Shown piece by piece: positions 18,856 to 29,447 of a stretch of DNA of 64,000 nucleotides; within the stretch, counting starts at the first letter, position 1, and the number at the start of each line of letters is the position of its first letter. The DNA is from Candidatus Yanofskybacteria bacterium. GTDB lineage: Bacteria; Patescibacteriota; Minisyncoccia; 2-02-FULL-40-12; IGHO2-12-FULL-4. The position numbers and the translations under genes are program-made. A model generated the notes under the pieces. It saw only the letters and a program-made list of their open reading frames with translations, did no database searches and was not told the DNA's origin. Location of the stretch: assembly GCA_016185525.1 (NCBI GenBank), contig JACPNK010000007.1:23008-87007 (forward strand), read 5' to 3'.

Positions 18856-19047
18856 TTATCGAGTGGCGGCAGTTTTGGTAAGAGATTTTATACAGGAAGT
18901 GCAAATGCGCAATCTTTTGCCTTGGACTTTTGCCCATTGGAGATTCACGTTTTTGCGGTAGCGATTTACCGGATTATAATTACCGCGCAAAAGCTTGCGT
19001 TTATTGGCCATCATTGATTTTTTTCCGCAAGTCGGACAGCGAGTCAT
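18856..19047 (-). CDS. rpmB: 50S ribosomal protein L28
   Basis: MTRCPTCGKK...NYNPVNRYRKNVNLQ...RICTSCIKS matches L28 (C.C..GN..SH..TKR...PNL...RVC..C). The internal ATG at 19047 is chosen over the longer ORF-track start. Confidence 0.75.
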   Translation of the reverse strand: MTRCPTCGKKSMMANKRKLLRGNYNPVNRYRKNVNLQWAKVQGKRLRICTSCIKSLTKTAATR

Positions 19048-19125
19048 AATCTTTACACAATAATCTAAAAGTGATATTTTTTCAAGCGGTTCTTTTATGA
19101 TAGTATTTAGGGAAAATAAAACCAA

Positions 19126-19743
19126 ATGGAAACATCAATAATTTTTATAGCAGTTCAAATTTTGGTTGTTCTCTTTTCTATCGTCTTACATGAGGTTGCT
19201 CATGGGGCTATGGCCAACCATTTGGGTGACCCAACGGCTAAAAATCTTGGCAGACTGACGCTAAACCCTTTCAAACACCTAGACCTTTTTGGTTCGGTGA
19301 TTCTGCCTTTAATGACTTTTTTCATTGGCGGTTTTATTTTCGGCTATGCCAAGCCGGTGCCGTATAATCCGTTTAATTTGAGAGATCAAAAATACGGTCC
19401 GGCCAAAGTTGCCGCCGCCGGTCCGGCTACCAATATTGCGCTAGCGGTTCTGTTTGGCTTGATTCTGCGTTTTCTGCCGGCAGATTCAGTCTTGCCCCAG
19501 TTTTTGCATCTGCTTAGCTTTATAGTTTTCATGAATCTGATTTTGGCCATCTTTAACTTGGTGCCAATTCCGCCGCTTGACGGCCATTGGTTTGTCCTGA
19601 CCTTTGTTCCCGATCGCTACTATCAGTTCAAGCAAGCTTATATCCGCTCCGGCTTTTTCATTTTCCTTATCTTCATTCTCTACGGTTTCAGATTAATCAT
19701 ACCGTTAACAACTTGGCTTTTTAGACTAATTACCGGCAGTTAG
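19126..19743 (+). CDS. Site-2 protease family (M50-like) membrane zinc metalloprotease
   Basis: HEVAHG (HExxH) in a TM helix plus the NLVPIPPLDGHW motif. Confidence 0.75.
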   Translation: METSIIFIAVQILVVLFSIVLHEVAHGAMANHLGDPTAKNLGRLTLNPFKHLDLFGSVILPLMTFFIGGFIFGYAKPVPYNPFNLRDQKYGPAKVAAAGPATNIALAVLFGLILRFLPADSVLPQFLHLLSFIVFMNLILAIFNLVPIPPLDGHWFVLTFVPDRYYQFKQAYIRSGFFIFLIFILYGFRLIIPLTTWLFRLITGS

Positions 19744-19760
19744 GATTTTTCAAAATTAAA

Positions 19761-19782
19761 ATGACCCACGGGGGTCATTTTT
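19761..19782. terminator. Hairpin atgaccc-acgg-gggtcat plus T-run, shared by convergent genes
   Basis: Read directly from the sequence. Confidence 0.55.
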
Positions 19783-20014
19783 ACTTGTTTTCGGGGTTGG
19801 TGTTCAGAATTAACGAGATAAGCAAAGCATCCTCAACCTCAACTTGGTTTTCAAGTATATTCAGTTCCCGAGCCTCTTCAAGAAAACTTTCAAGATCACA
19901 AATAATTCTTATTTCTTCCGGTGTAGGATCTCGATAAGGAATTGCCTCAAAACCGTAACTTTCAACTAGATCCTTTTCTTTCTCACTTTGGTAAAACATC
20001 TTAAACCTTGGCAT
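19781..20014 (-). CDS. Hypothetical acidic small protein
   Basis: 77 aa ORF with no recognisable motif. Confidence 0.3.
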   Translation of the reverse strand: MPRFKMFYQSEKEKDLVESYGFEAIPYRDPTPEEIRIICDLESFLEEARELNILENQVEVEDALLISLILNTNPENK

Positions 20015-20191
20015 ACTCTTTTCTCCTTTTTTCTAAAATAAAGAACCAATTTGGAATCTAGCATAAAGCCAAAAGCACGTCAACTTTTATCAAGTATCAA
20101 GATTTAACCTTGATGTCCTCACTGAGGACAGTCCTCAGGAGCGGGTAGAATTGACTTTAAGACTTACTTTTGCTAATCTTTTCAAATCAAT

Positions 20192-20602
20192 ATGCCTACT
20201 TTCAACCAGCTTTTGAAAAAACCCAGAAAGAAAGTTAAAGCGAAAACAAAATCGCCTGCTTTGGCTTACAGCTTTAATAATATTTTGAATTCTCCCGTTT
20301 TTCACAACTCGCCTTTTAAAAGGGGTGTAGCTTTGAGCGTTAAGACCATAACTCCGAAAAAGCCAAACTCGGCTTTGAGAAAAATTGCCAGAGTCAGACT
20401 CACCAATGGTATGGAAGTGACAGCCTATATACCGGGCATGGGACACAATCTTCAGGAGCACTCTGTGGTTGTTATCCGGGGCGGCAGAGTCAAAGATTTG
20501 CCGGGAGTCCGCTATCACATTGTCCGCGGGCGTTTGGACGCCTCGGGAGTTGAAGGAAGAAAACAGGAGAGAAGTAAGTATGGAGCCAAGAGGCCTAAAT
20601 AG
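20192..20602 (+). CDS. rpsL: 30S ribosomal protein S12
   Basis: [10 protein letters not shown]...[16 protein letters not shown]... Confidence 0.95.
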   Translation: MPTFNQLLKKPRKKVKAKTKSPALAYSFNNILNSPVFHNSPFKRGVALSVKTITPKKPNSALRKIARVRLTNGMEVTAYIPGMGHNLQEHSVVVIRGGRVKDLPGVRYHIVRGRLDASGVEGRKQERSKYGAKRPK

Positions 20603-20705
20603 AATTAATCTAATTCACCTAATTATTCTAATTAATCTAAAATTTGAAAATTGGAACTTGGGACTTGTTTAGACTAATTAGAGCAATTAGAACAATTAGA
20701 AATTT
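20603..20705. repeat. AT-rich 'aattagNNcaattag' repeat cluster (family also at 13003-13076 and 21186-21346)
   Basis: Repeated aattagaRcaattagaa units in the rpsL-rpsG spacer. Confidence 0.6.
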
Positions 20706-20717
20706 AGCGAAGCGCTT

Positions 20718-21185
20718 ATGCGAAGACCAGTAAAAAAGAAAATCAGGCTTGAACCGGACACAAAGTATTCAAGTACTCTTATTGGCCGTTTGATTAATCA
20801 AGTCATGAGCGATGGTAAAAAACTTATGGCCAGAAAGATAGTTTACACCGCTTTGGCTGAAGCTGAATCAAAACTAAAAAAACCGGCGCTTGAGGTTATA
20901 GAGCAGGCGGTGGAAAATGCCGCTCCGCAGTTGGAACTTAGATCAAAGAGGGTTGGTGGCGCCAACTATCAAGTTCCTTACGAAGTTAGAGCTGACAGAA
21001 GATTGACTTTGGCTTTAAGATGGATTGTCGGTTCAGCCCAAAAGGGCAAGGGGAAGCCGATGAGCAAGAAGTTGGCTGAAGAAATTATAAACTCATTCAA
21101 TAATACCGGTACCGCAGTTAAGAAGAAAGAAGATATGCACAGAATGGCTGATGCCAATAAGGCTTTCGCCCATTTCGCCTGGTAA
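20718..21185 (+). CDS. rpsG: 30S ribosomal protein S7
   Basis: [17 protein letters not shown]...GKK; canonical S7. Confidence 0.95.
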   Translation: MRRPVKKKIRLEPDTKYSSTLIGRLINQVMSDGKKLMARKIVYTALAEAESKLKKPALEVIEQAVENAAPQLELRSKRVGGANYQVPYEVRADRRLTLALRWIVGSAQKGKGKPMSKKLAEEIINSFNNTGTAVKKKEDMHRMADANKAFAHFAW

Positions 21186-21346
21186 AAATTTAAATTATTC
21201 TAATTATTCTAATTGACCTAATTATTCTAAAGAAACCCCAATGTCTAATGTTTAAATGACCAAAGAAAGCTTTGGACATTGGTTATTAATCATTGGGATT
21301 TCATTAGGTCAATTAGAGCAATTAGTATAATTAGGTCAATTTTTTG
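21186..21346. repeat. Palindromic roughly 160-bp MITE-like element of the aattag family; its left half is the reverse complement of 13003-13076
   Basis: The left arm (ctaattattctaattgacctaattattctaaagaaaccccaatgtctaatgtttaaatgacc) matches the reverse complement of 13003-13073 almost exactly. The right arm mirrors the left. Confidence 0.65.
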
Positions 21347-23449
21347 AGAGATTATCCGATAGAAAAAACTAGAAACATTGGCATCATCGCCCACATAGAC
21401 GCCGGGAAAACAACCGTTTCCGAGCGTGTTTTGTTTTACACGGGAGTTTCCCACAAAATTGGCGAAGTCCATGAAGGCGATACGGTTATGGACTGGATGG
21501 AACAGGAGAGAGAAAGGGGAATCACGATTACCTCGGCGGCGACGACTGCCTACTGGACACCGACCGGTCTATCTAAGTCAAAAGAAAATGAATATAAAAT
21601 AAACTTAATTGATACGCCCGGTCATATTGATTTTACAGTTGAGGTCAAAAGATCCCTAAGAGTTTTAGATGGGGCGGTGGTTGTTTTTGACGGCGTTGCC
21701 GGCGTTGAGCCGCAGTCGGAAACCAACTGGCGTTATGCCGATGATTACAAGGTGCCCAGAATTTGCTTTATCAATAAGCTTGACCGTTTGGGCGCTTCGT
21801 TTGAACGATCTTTTCAGTCAATTTTGGAGCGTCTGTCTCCTTTTGCCGTTAGGATGCAGATTCCGGATGGAGAGGAAGACCAGTTTAAAGGAGTGGTGGA
21901 TTTGCTGAAGATGAAGTATTACATTTTTGAGGGCGCTCACGGCGAACAAGTTGTTGAACAGCCGATCCCCGAACACATAGGAGAAAGAGCTAAAGAATTG
22001 CATGGCATTCTTATTGAAAAGATAGTGGAACAGGATGAAGCGGCGATGGCTGAATATTTGGAAGGTAAAGAAATAACATCGGAGAAATTAATGGCTGTTA
22101 TAAGAAAGGCCACAATTGAAAATAAAATTATTCCTGTTTTTACGGGTTCAGCTCTAAAGAACAAAGGTGTCCAGTTTATGCTTGACGCTGTGGTGAACTA
22201 TCTGCCGTCTCCGGTTGACTTGCCGTCCGTGTCGGGAATTGACCCCAAAACTTCTCAAGAGATTAAACGCGAAGCTAAAGATGAAGCGCCTTTTGCATCT
22301 CTGGCTTTTAAAGTGGCGACAGATCCTTATGTCGGCCAGCTTACATTTTTCCGCGTTTATTCCGGAACTTTAAGCAGTGGTTCTTATGTTTTAAATTCCT
22401 CAACCGGACAAACCGAAAGAATCAGCCGTCTTTTGCGTATGCATGCCAACGAAAGGGCTGAAATAAAAGAGGCTTTGGCTGGCGATATTGTCGCTACTGT
22501 CGGTTTAAAAGCCACTAAGACCGGGGATACGATGTGCGAAGAAGCCCATCCCATAGTTTTAGAAAAAATCGTTTTTCCGGAGCCGGTTATATCTTTGCGC
22601 ATTGAACCCAAGACAAAAGCTGACCAGGAAAAAATGAGTCTGTCTTTAAAGAAACTTTCCGATGAAGATCCAACCTTTAGGATAAAAACCGATGAGGAAA
22701 CTTTGGAGACAATTATCTCCGGAATGGGCGAACTCCACCTTGATATTTTGGTTGACCGTTTAAAGAGAGAGTTTGGCGTTAATGTTAATGTCGGCCGACC
22801 CCAAGTTGCCTATAAAGAAACTGTTACTTCCAAGTCTGAAGCCGAGGGCAAATATATCAGGCAGTCTGGGGGCAGAGGTCAGTACGGACATGTTTGGTTA
22901 AGAGTCGAGTCTAAAGACAGGGGTTCCGGTTTTGAGTTTGTTGATGAGATTAAGGGGGGAGTTATTCCTTCGGAATTTGTTCCGGCTATCCAAAAAGGCA
23001 TTAAAGAAGTTTTGGATAAAGGCGTGATTGCCGGCTTTCCCCTGGTTGACTTGCAAGTTACAGTTTACGATGGTTCCTATCATGAGGTTGATTCTTCTGA
23101 AATTGCTTTTAAAATTGCCGGATCCATGGCTTTGCAGGAAGGCGTGAAAAGAGCAAAACCGGTTTTGTTGGAGCCGATCATGAAGGTTGAAGTTATAATC
23201 CCCGATAAATTTATGGGTGAAACAACCGGAGATTTGAGTTCCAGAAGAGGCAGAATTGAACAAATGAACGACCGCCCGCTTTTGAGTCTGAAAGTTATTG
23301 ACGCTAAAGTGCCTTTGTCTGAAATGTTCGGCTATGCCACCTCAATCAGATCTTTAACCGAGGGACGCGGCACTTTTACGATGGAATTCAGTCACTATGA
23401 AGAGGTGCCCAATAACATTGCCCAGTTGATTATAGAAGGAAAAAAGTAA
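21344..23449 (+). CDS. fusA: Elongation factor G
   Basis: [15 protein letters not shown]-domain and full-length EF-G. TTG start in the ORF track. Confidence 0.95.
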   Translation: MRDYPIEKTRNIGIIAHIDAGKTTVSERVLFYTGVSHKIGEVHEGDTVMDWMEQERERGITITSAATTAYWTPTGLSKSKENEYKINLIDTPGHIDFTVEVKRSLRVLDGAVVVFDGVAGVEPQSETNWRYADDYKVPRICFINKLDRLGASFERSFQSILERLSPFAVRMQIPDGEEDQFKGVVDLLKMKYYIFEGAHGEQVVEQPIPEHIGERAKELHGILIEKIVEQDEAAMAEYLEGKEITSEKLMAVIRKATIENKIIPVFTGSALKNKGVQFMLDAVVNYLPSPVDLPSVSGIDPKTSQEIKREAKDEAPFASLAFKVATDPYVGQLTFFRVYSGTLSSGSYVLNSSTGQTERISRLLRMHANERAEIKEALAGDIVATVGLKATKTGDTMCEEAHPIVLEKIVFPEPVISLRIEPKTKADQEKMSLSLKKLSDEDPTFRIKTDEETLETIISGMGELHLDILVDRLKREFGVNVNVGRPQVAYKETVTSKSEAEGKYIRQSGGRGQYGHVWLRVESKDRGSGFEFVDEIKGGVIPSEFVPAIQKGIKEVLDKGVIAGFPLVDLQVTVYDGSYHEVDSSEIAFKIAGSMALQEGVKRAKPVLLEPIMKVEVIIPDKFMGETTGDLSSRRGRIEQMNDRPLLSLKVIDAKVPLSEMFGYATSIRSLTEGRGTFTMEFSHYEEVPNNIAQLIIEGKK

Positions 23450-23524
23450 AAAACAATCTGTGGGACGTTGAACGTCCCACAATAGGAGGTTGCAACTAAT
23501 CATTTTTTTGCTAAAATTTATTCA

Positions 23525-23827
23525 ATGAATTTGGAGGAAATAAAAAAAGTGGTTAATAACTTGGGTGGGGCTGTGATTTTTGACAAAGACGGATCAAGAA
23601 TGGTTGTTTTGTCTTACGAAAAGTATTTGGAACTATTTGGTCAAAATCAGGACGAACGGGATGACCCCGAACAGAAAATTAAGCTTAATCTCTATGCTGA
23701 AAACTTTAAAAATGGGGCGGCTGATCAGGAGGTTATAGAAAAGCTAAACCAAGATATTGCTATTTTGAAGGAAGAGATTAGGAAGAAAGAATTACAGGAG
23801 ATTGACCAAGATTTGGATTCGGCTTGA
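23525..23827 (+). CDS. Small protein with a Phd/YefM-antitoxin-like N-terminus and an acidic coiled-coil C-terminus
   Basis: GGAVIFDKDGSRMVVLSYEKYLELF resembles the Phd/YefM beta-strand core (..vvI.r.g...V.ls.eeYe.l). No toxin partner is adjacent. Confidence 0.4.
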   Translation: MNLEEIKKVVNNLGGAVIFDKDGSRMVVLSYEKYLELFGQNQDERDDPEQKIKLNLYAENFKNGAADQEVIEKLNQDIAILKEEIRKKELQEIDQDLDSA

Positions 23828-23833
23828 TGTTGT

Positions 23834-23862
23834 TGACTAAAATTGAATATTTGCTACAATGT
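23834..23862 (+). promoter_or_regulatory. Putative promoter TTGACT, 16-nt spacer, TACAAT upstream of tuf
   Basis: Read directly from the sequence. Confidence 0.4.
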
Positions 23863-23955
23863 TTAGACGTTTTAGAATATACTAAAAAGGGAGCAATAAA
23901 TATCGGGCAATGCGCTTTGGCTAGTTGCTCGGTGTCTATTATCCGCAATCTATAA

Positions 23956-25155
23956 ATGGCAGGGAAATTTGACAGGACAAAACCACATTTGAACGTTGGT
24001 ACTATTGGTCATGTTGATCATGGCAAGACTTCGCTGACAGCGGCTATTTTGCATACTCTTAATTTGCTGGGCAACGGTTATAGCGCCAGAGCGGAAGGTG
24101 TTAATGAAATTGATAATGCTCCCGAAGAAAGGGCCAGAGGCATTACAATTGCTTTGCACCACTCGGAATACGAAACTCCAAAGAGGCACTATGCTCATGT
24201 GGATGCTCCGGGTCATGCCGATTATATAAAAAATATGATTACCGGCGCGGCTCAAATGGACGCCGCTGTTTTGGTTGTTGCCGCTTCAGATGGTCCCATG
24301 CCTCAAACCAGAGAACACATACTTTTGGCCAGACAGGTTGGTGTGCCGAATATAATTGTTTTTCTAAATAAGGTTGATCAGGTTGATGATCCGGAACTTT
24401 TGGATCTTGTTGAAGCTGAAATCAGAGAGTTGCTGAATAAATACCAATATCCGGGAAATACCACTCCTATCATCCGCGGCTCTGCGACAAAAGCCCTTGA
24501 AGCTAAAAACAAAGATGATGCTTCAGCGCAGCCCATAATAGAACTTGTGAAACAGCTTGACGAGTATGTTTCTGATCCTGTTCGTGAAACTGACAAACCT
24601 TTTCTAATGCCCATTGAAGATATTTTCAGTATTGAGGGCCGTGGAACGGTTGTTACCGGAAGAGTTGAAAGGGGCAAAGTCAAACTGAACGAAGAAGTTG
24701 AAATTGTCGGTTTGACTCCCACACAGAAGACAGTTGTTACCGGCATTGAGATGTTTAACAAGCAACTGGACGAAGGAATGGCAGGCGACAATGCTGGAGT
24801 TTTGTTGCGCGGTGTTAAAAAAGAAGACATATCCAGGGGTCAAGTTTTAGCTAAGCCCGCAAGCATCACGCCTCATACCGAATTTGAGACAGAAATTTAT
24901 GTCTTAAATAAAGAAGAAGGCGGCAGGCATACTCCGTTTTTCAAGGGTTATAAACCGCAGTTTTATTTTAGAACAACCGACGTTACCGGTGAAGTAACTT
25001 TGCCCGAAGGCTCTGAAATGGTTATGCCCGGCGATACTGTTTCTGTTAAAGTTAAATTGATTGCTCCGATTGCCATGGAAGAAAAACAAAGGTTTGCTAT
25101 CCGTGAAGGTGGAAAAACCGTTGGCGCAGGGGTTGTTACGAAAATCATTGCATAA
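23956..25155 (+). CDS. tuf: Elongation factor Tu
   Basis: [22 protein letters not shown] and NKVD motifs. Confidence 0.95.
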   Translation: MAGKFDRTKPHLNVGTIGHVDHGKTSLTAAILHTLNLLGNGYSARAEGVNEIDNAPEERARGITIALHHSEYETPKRHYAHVDAPGHADYIKNMITGAAQMDAAVLVVAASDGPMPQTREHILLARQVGVPNIIVFLNKVDQVDDPELLDLVEAEIRELLNKYQYPGNTTPIIRGSATKALEAKNKDDASAQPIIELVKQLDEYVSDPVRETDKPFLMPIEDIFSIEGRGTVVTGRVERGKVKLNEEVEIVGLTPTQKTVVTGIEMFNKQLDEGMAGDNAGVLLRGVKKEDISRGQVLAKPASITPHTEFETEIYVLNKEEGGRHTPFFKGYKPQFYFRTTDVTGEVTLPEGSEMVMPGDTVSVKVKLIAPIAMEEKQRFAIREGGKTVGAGVVTKIIA

Positions 25156-25163
25156 ATTCAAAG

Positions 25164-25192
25164 CCCCGCTATTATAGCGGGGCTTGAGTTTG
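25164..25192 (+). terminator. Hairpin aagccccgc-tattata-gcggggctt after tuf
   Basis: 9-bp stem with a weak T tail. Confidence 0.5.
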
Positions 25193-25293
25193 TACCTTGT
25201 AATAATGAGATTGTCTAATTTAGAAAATAATAAAAATGTCGGCAGAGCAATTTCGGCAGATAAGGAGATCTGTAGACTTTTTCAGCTTTCTAA

Positions 25294-25629
25294 ATGACTA
25301 CCGAAAAGAAAAAAAACAAAGAAGTCTCCCAGAGAATAAGAATCAAACTGAAAGCTTATGACAATAAGATCATTGATAAGTCGGCGAAGCAAATAGTTGA
25401 AACCATAGAGAGATCCGGCGGTAAGGTGGTGGGTCCTGTGCCTTTGCCGACAGCTACTCACAAATATACTGTTAACAGATCTCCTTTTGTGTATAAAGAT
25501 TCTCGGGAACAGTTTGAGATGAGAGTTCACAAAAGGTTGATTGACGTCTCTAGTCCAACACCTAAGATTATTGACGCTCTTATGAACCTAAATTTGCCAG
25601 CCGGAGTGGATATAGAAATAAAAATGTAG
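25294..25629 (+). CDS. rpsJ: 30S ribosomal protein S10
   Basis: [16 protein letters not shown]... Confidence 0.9.
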   Translation: MTTEKKKNKEVSQRIRIKLKAYDNKIIDKSAKQIVETIERSGGKVVGPVPLPTATHKYTVNRSPFVYKDSREQFEMRVHKRLIDVSSPTPKIIDALMNLNLPAGVDIEIKM

Positions 25630-25769
25630 ACCAGAATAATCAAGGAGATTATTTTGGTGTGCATTTTTATGTACAAATCAAATCCAATAGTTTTAAATTT
25701 TGATTTTTAGTTTTAATTTTACGGTTTAGTCGTATCTTGCCGGCTACAACCGGCCTTTTGTTTAAAATT

Positions 25770-26324
25770 ATGAAGTTTATTTTGGGGAAAAAATTAGGCA
25801 TGTCGCAGGTTTTTAATGAAAATGGAAAAGTAACGCCGGTTACGGTTGTTTTTGCTGAACCAATGAGTGTAAGACAGATAAGAACCCGGGAAAAGGATGG
25901 CTATGCGGCTGTACAGTTTGGTAACAGCAAGAAAAAAAGGGAGCATCGAGGCCAGGCGGAGGAAACAAAATTAGGCGATATCATTGATGTTTCAGTTTTC
26001 AGCGCGGGCGACTCGGTTAAAGTAAGCGGCCTCTCAAAGGGTAAAGGATTTCAAGGCGCCATGAAGAGACATGGTTTTCACGGTATGCCAGCCAGCCACG
26101 GACACAAACATGTTAAGAGGCACGTCGGTTCAATTGGCCAAAGATTCCCGCAGCACACTCTTAAGGGTATGCGCATGGCCGGAAGAATGGGCGGGGACAG
26201 GGTCAGCGTCAGAGGTCTTAGTATCGTAAGCGTTGATAAAGAAAATAACTTGCTTGCTATTAAGGGCGCAGTACCGGGCAGAAAAGGGGCGCTATTGGAA
26301 ATAAGAGAGATGACCAAAGTCTAA
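25770..26324 (+). CDS. rplC: 50S ribosomal protein L3
   Basis: MKFILGKKLGMSQVF... The ATG at 25770 is preferred over the TTG at 25737. Confidence 0.9.
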   Translation: MKFILGKKLGMSQVFNENGKVTPVTVVFAEPMSVRQIRTREKDGYAAVQFGNSKKKREHRGQAEETKLGDIIDVSVFSAGDSVKVSGLSKGKGFQGAMKRHGFHGMPASHGHKHVKRHVGSIGQRFPQHTLKGMRMAGRMGGDRVSVRGLSIVSVDKENNLLAIKGAVPGRKGALLEIREMTKV

Positions 26325-26408
26325 AGTCTAGAGACTAAGGCCAGAAAAAGCTTTAGTCTTTAGTCTTTAGTCTTTAGTCTTTAGTCTTTAGTCTTTAGTC
26401 TTTAGACA
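26320..26408. repeat. Tandem heptamer (tctttag) x9 with an inverted (ctaaaga) arm; related element at 181-250
   Basis: Perfect tandem copies in the rplC-rplD spacer. Confidence 0.8.
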
Positions 26409-27071
26409 ATGAAAACTGACTTATACAATCAATCGGGTGAAATTATCGGCAAAACTGACTTACCAGAGGAAGTTTTTGGTTTAAAAATAAATCCGGATTT
26501 GTTGCGTCAGGTTATTGACATCCAAACATCAAACGCAAGGTCTGTCCTGGCTCACACTAAAGATCGGAGCGAGGTTAGAGGCGGCGGCAAAAAACCTTGG
26601 AAGCAAAAAGGCACCGGGCGGGCAAGGCACGGTTCTATAAGATCCCCTTTGTGGAAAGGCGGAGGCGTGACTTTTGGTCCCACTAAAAACAAAAATTTCA
26701 GCAAGAAGATAAATAAAAAGATGAAAAGAAAAGCCTTGTTCATGTCTTTGTCCAACAAAGTTTCAGATAACCAGTTCATGGTTTTGGACAGCATCAAGAT
26801 TGACCAGCCCAAGACAAAAAAAGCTCAGGGAATTTTTGATGTTTTGGCTTCAAAAACATCGGGTTACGTAAAGAGTAACAAAAAAAGAGACAGCATTCTT
26901 CTGATCTTGGGCAGTAAGAATAAAAACATAGAGCGTTCTGCCGGCAACCTTTCGTTTGTGAAAATACTGGAGGCTAAGAGCTTGGATGTTTTCAACGTGC
27001 TGTCTAATAAATTTATTTTTTTAGATAAAAGCGCAATTCCAGTCATTCAGGAAACATACAAGTTAAAATAA
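26409..27071 (+). CDS. rplD: 50S ribosomal protein L4
   Basis: GGGKKPWKQKGTGRARHGSIRSPLWKGGG. Confidence 0.9.
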   Translation: MKTDLYNQSGEIIGKTDLPEEVFGLKINPDLLRQVIDIQTSNARSVLAHTKDRSEVRGGGKKPWKQKGTGRARHGSIRSPLWKGGGVTFGPTKNKNFSKKINKKMKRKALFMSLSNKVSDNQFMVLDSIKIDQPKTKKAQGIFDVLASKTSGYVKSNKKRDSILLILGSKNKNIERSAGNLSFVKILEAKSLDVFNVLSNKFIFLDKSAIPVIQETYKLK

Positions 27072-27076
27072 AAAAG

Positions 27077-27478
27077 ATGCTGTTAAAAAACTTTTTTAAA
27101 AAATCAAAAAAAGAGAAAGCTGTCGTTGAAAAAAAAGCCGTCCAAGAAACCGGAGACGCTGTTAAAAATTTGCCAAGCGTCAGCTTAAAAGGCGACGATT
27201 TTTCTTTTCAGGTTTTGGTGGGGCCGCATATTACCGAAAAAGCTTCAATTGTAAATAATCTGAATCAATATATCTTTAAAGTTTTTAAAAATGTTAACAA
27301 GTTGCAGATAAAAAGAGCGGTAGAAAAACTTTATGAAGTTAATGTTGATGATATAAAAATTTTAAATATGCCTGCTAAAAAGAGAAAACTGGGGAGGACA
27401 GAAGGAGAAAGATCAGGTTTCAAAAAGGCCATGGTTAAATTGAAAAAAGGTCATAAAATTGACTTAATTCCTAAATAG
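27077..27478 (+). CDS. rplW: 50S ribosomal protein L23 (with N-terminal extension)
   Basis: VLVGPHITEKAS...YIFKV core. Confidence 0.85.
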   Translation: MLLKNFFKKSKKEKAVVEKKAVQETGDAVKNLPSVSLKGDDFSFQVLVGPHITEKASIVNNLNQYIFKVFKNVNKLQIKRAVEKLYEVNVDDIKILNMPAKKRKLGRTEGERSGFKKAMVKLKKGHKIDLIPK

Positions 27479-27480
27479 TT

Positions 27481-28308
27481 ATGCCTAAGATTTATAAACC
27501 AACAACTGCTTCAAGAAGACACATGATGGGTTATGACTTTTCTGGCCTGTCTAAGATTAAGCCTCTAAAATCAAAAACGGCGTCTTTTAAGCGTTCTGTG
27601 GGCAGAAATAGTGGAGGATTGATAACGGTTAGGCACAAAGGCGGCGGTGTAAAAAGGCTATATAGAGAGATTGATTTTAGTCAAAACAGGTTTAATGTTT
27701 CAGGCAAGGTGTTTTCGGTTGAATATGATCCGAACCGAACGGCTAGAATAGCCAGGATACACTATACCGACGGGCACAAAGCTTACGTTTTGGCTCCCGA
27801 GGGACTTGAGGTTGGGGATGAAATTGTGACTTCAGATAAGGTTGCGCTTAAACCGGGCAATCGGGCCAAATTGAAGAATATTCCGCAAGGCACTGAAGTT
27901 CACAACATTGAGATATTCCCGGGTTCTAAAACTGGTTTGGTTCGTTCCGCGGGTTCAAAAGCTATGGTTATGTCCAAAGATGCCGGCCGGGTGCAAGTCC
28001 AGCTTCCTTCTTCAGAGTTAAGGATATTTGATGAGAATTCCTTGGCTACAATTGGCAGGCTTTCCAACCAGGAACATAGCTCAATCGTGATTGGCAAGGC
28101 CGGACGTTCCAGATATTTGGGCATCAGGCCTTCGGTCAGGGGCAGTGTCATGAATCCCGTTGACCACCCGCATGGCGGAGGAGAAGGCAAGCAGCCAATC
28201 GGTTTAACCGGACCAAAGACGCCTTGGGGCAAGCCGGCGCGTGGAGTCAAAACGAGAAACAGGAAAAAAAGAAGCTGGAAGTTTATAGTCAGGCGTAGAA
28301 GTAAATAA
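27481..28308 (+). CDS. rplB: 50S ribosomal protein L2
   Basis: Canonical L2 (GRNSGG...HPHGGGEGK). Confidence 0.95.
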   Translation: MPKIYKPTTASRRHMMGYDFSGLSKIKPLKSKTASFKRSVGRNSGGLITVRHKGGGVKRLYREIDFSQNRFNVSGKVFSVEYDPNRTARIARIHYTDGHKAYVLAPEGLEVGDEIVTSDKVALKPGNRAKLKNIPQGTEVHNIEIFPGSKTGLVRSAGSKAMVMSKDAGRVQVQLPSSELRIFDENSLATIGRLSNQEHSSIVIGKAGRSRYLGIRPSVRGSVMNPVDHPHGGGEGKQPIGLTGPKTPWGKPARGVKTRNRKKRSWKFIVRRRSK

Positions 28309-28315
28309 ATTAAAT

Positions 28316-28663
28316 ATGTCTAGAAGTATCAAAAAGGGAGTATTTGTTCATCCGAAGCTGCTTAAGAAATTAAGCAAGCTTAGGGTCGGAGACAAAACCG
28401 TGATAAAAACATGGTCGCGCGCTTCTACAATTACTCCGGAAATGATCGGTTTTACATTTGGCGTGCATAATGGCAAAATCCACATTCCTGTTTTTGTTAC
28501 CGAGGATATGGTGGGTCACAAGCTGGGAGAGTTTTCACTTACCAGAAAGTTTGTCAGGCATGGCGGAAGAATGCAGAAAGAACTGGAAGCGGCGGCTAAA
28601 CAAAAAGAGATAGATGCCGCCAAAGCAGCGAAAGTGGAAACGGCAGCTCCGGAGAAGAAATAA
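28316..28663 (+). CDS. rpsS: 30S ribosomal protein S19 (with Ala/Lys-rich C-terminal tail)
   Basis: [13 protein letters not shown]...[13 protein letters not shown]. Confidence 0.9.
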   Translation: MSRSIKKGVFVHPKLLKKLSKLRVGDKTVIKTWSRASTITPEMIGFTFGVHNGKIHIPVFVTEDMVGHKLGEFSLTRKFVRHGGRMQKELEAAAKQKEIDAAKAAKVETAAPEKK

Positions 28664-28673
28664 TATTAATAGT

Positions 28674-29219
28674 ATGCAAGTTAATGCACAGTTAAACAAT
28701 TTAAGAATAGCGCCAAGAAAAGTCAGGCTGGTTGCCGGTTTGATTAAGGGCATGGATGTTGCTGTGGCAGAGCGCCAACTTTTATTTCTTGTGAAAAGGT
28801 CATCCGTCCCGTTGGCGAAACTGCTTAAATCGGCGGTTGCTAATGCTGAAAATAACTTTGGATTGCTCAAAGACAACTTGTTTATTAAAGATTTGATTGT
28901 AAATGAGGGCATGAAGATCAAAAGATATATGCCGAGAGCTATGGGACAAGCCAGTATGATTCAGAAAAAATCATCTCACATTAAGATTACTTTGGAGGAA
29001 AAAGTACCCGGTCTTAAACATGCTAATATAAAAACCGGATCTGTTAGTGAAGATAAGGTTTTAAAATCAAAAGAAAGCGAGTCTGTTGAATCCAAAGATT
29101 TAGGATTGGAGAAAAAGCCCGACTTCGGCACCGGTGTAAAGAAAGAGATATCAAAAAAGGGAGTTTTCGGCGGGGTTCAAGATATCAGTAGGAAATTGTT
29201 CAGAAGAAAAAGCGTTTAA
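28674..29219 (+). CDS. rplV: 50S ribosomal protein L22 (with roughly 70-aa C-terminal extension)
   Basis: MQVNAQLNNLRIAPRKVRLVAGLIKG... The ORF-track N-terminal extension overlapping rpsS is taken as spurious. Confidence 0.85.
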   Translation: MQVNAQLNNLRIAPRKVRLVAGLIKGMDVAVAERQLLFLVKRSSVPLAKLLKSAVANAENNFGLLKDNLFIKDLIVNEGMKIKRYMPRAMGQASMIQKKSSHIKITLEEKVPGLKHANIKTGSVSEDKVLKSKESESVESKDLGLEKKPDFGTGVKKEISKKGVFGGVQDISRKLFRRKSV

Positions 29220-29271
29220 GTATATGCCCGCACGCAGTCGAGCGTAGCGAGATGAGTACGGTAGCAGATAC

Positions 29272-29386
29272 TTACCCCGCCCTATCTGGAGTCAAAATCA
29301 TAGTTACTACTCCAGCTAGAGACGAAGTCGCCTTACGGCTCTGGTTATGCTTAAAGCATGACTTTGAACCCAGATAGGGCGGGGTG
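29272..29386. repeat. MITE-like insert with perfect 16-bp terminal inverted repeats (accccgccctatctgg / ccagatagggcggggt) in the rplV-rpsC spacer
   Basis: The inverted repeat and its structured interior were read directly. The rplV-rpsC gap is 228 nt, which is abnormally long. Confidence 0.55.
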
Positions 29387-29447
29387 CAGGTTTTCTAGCA
29401 ACTCAGCGGCGCAATCAGAATTGCTTGCTTCGTTGAGAAAATCTAGC

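Noticed and set aside
18820-19017. 65-aa plus-strand ORF
   Set aside because: It is antisense to the L28 gene, whose zinc-ribbon motifs are clear on the minus strand.
24378-25161. Multiple minus-strand ORFs
   Set aside because: They are antisense to tuf.
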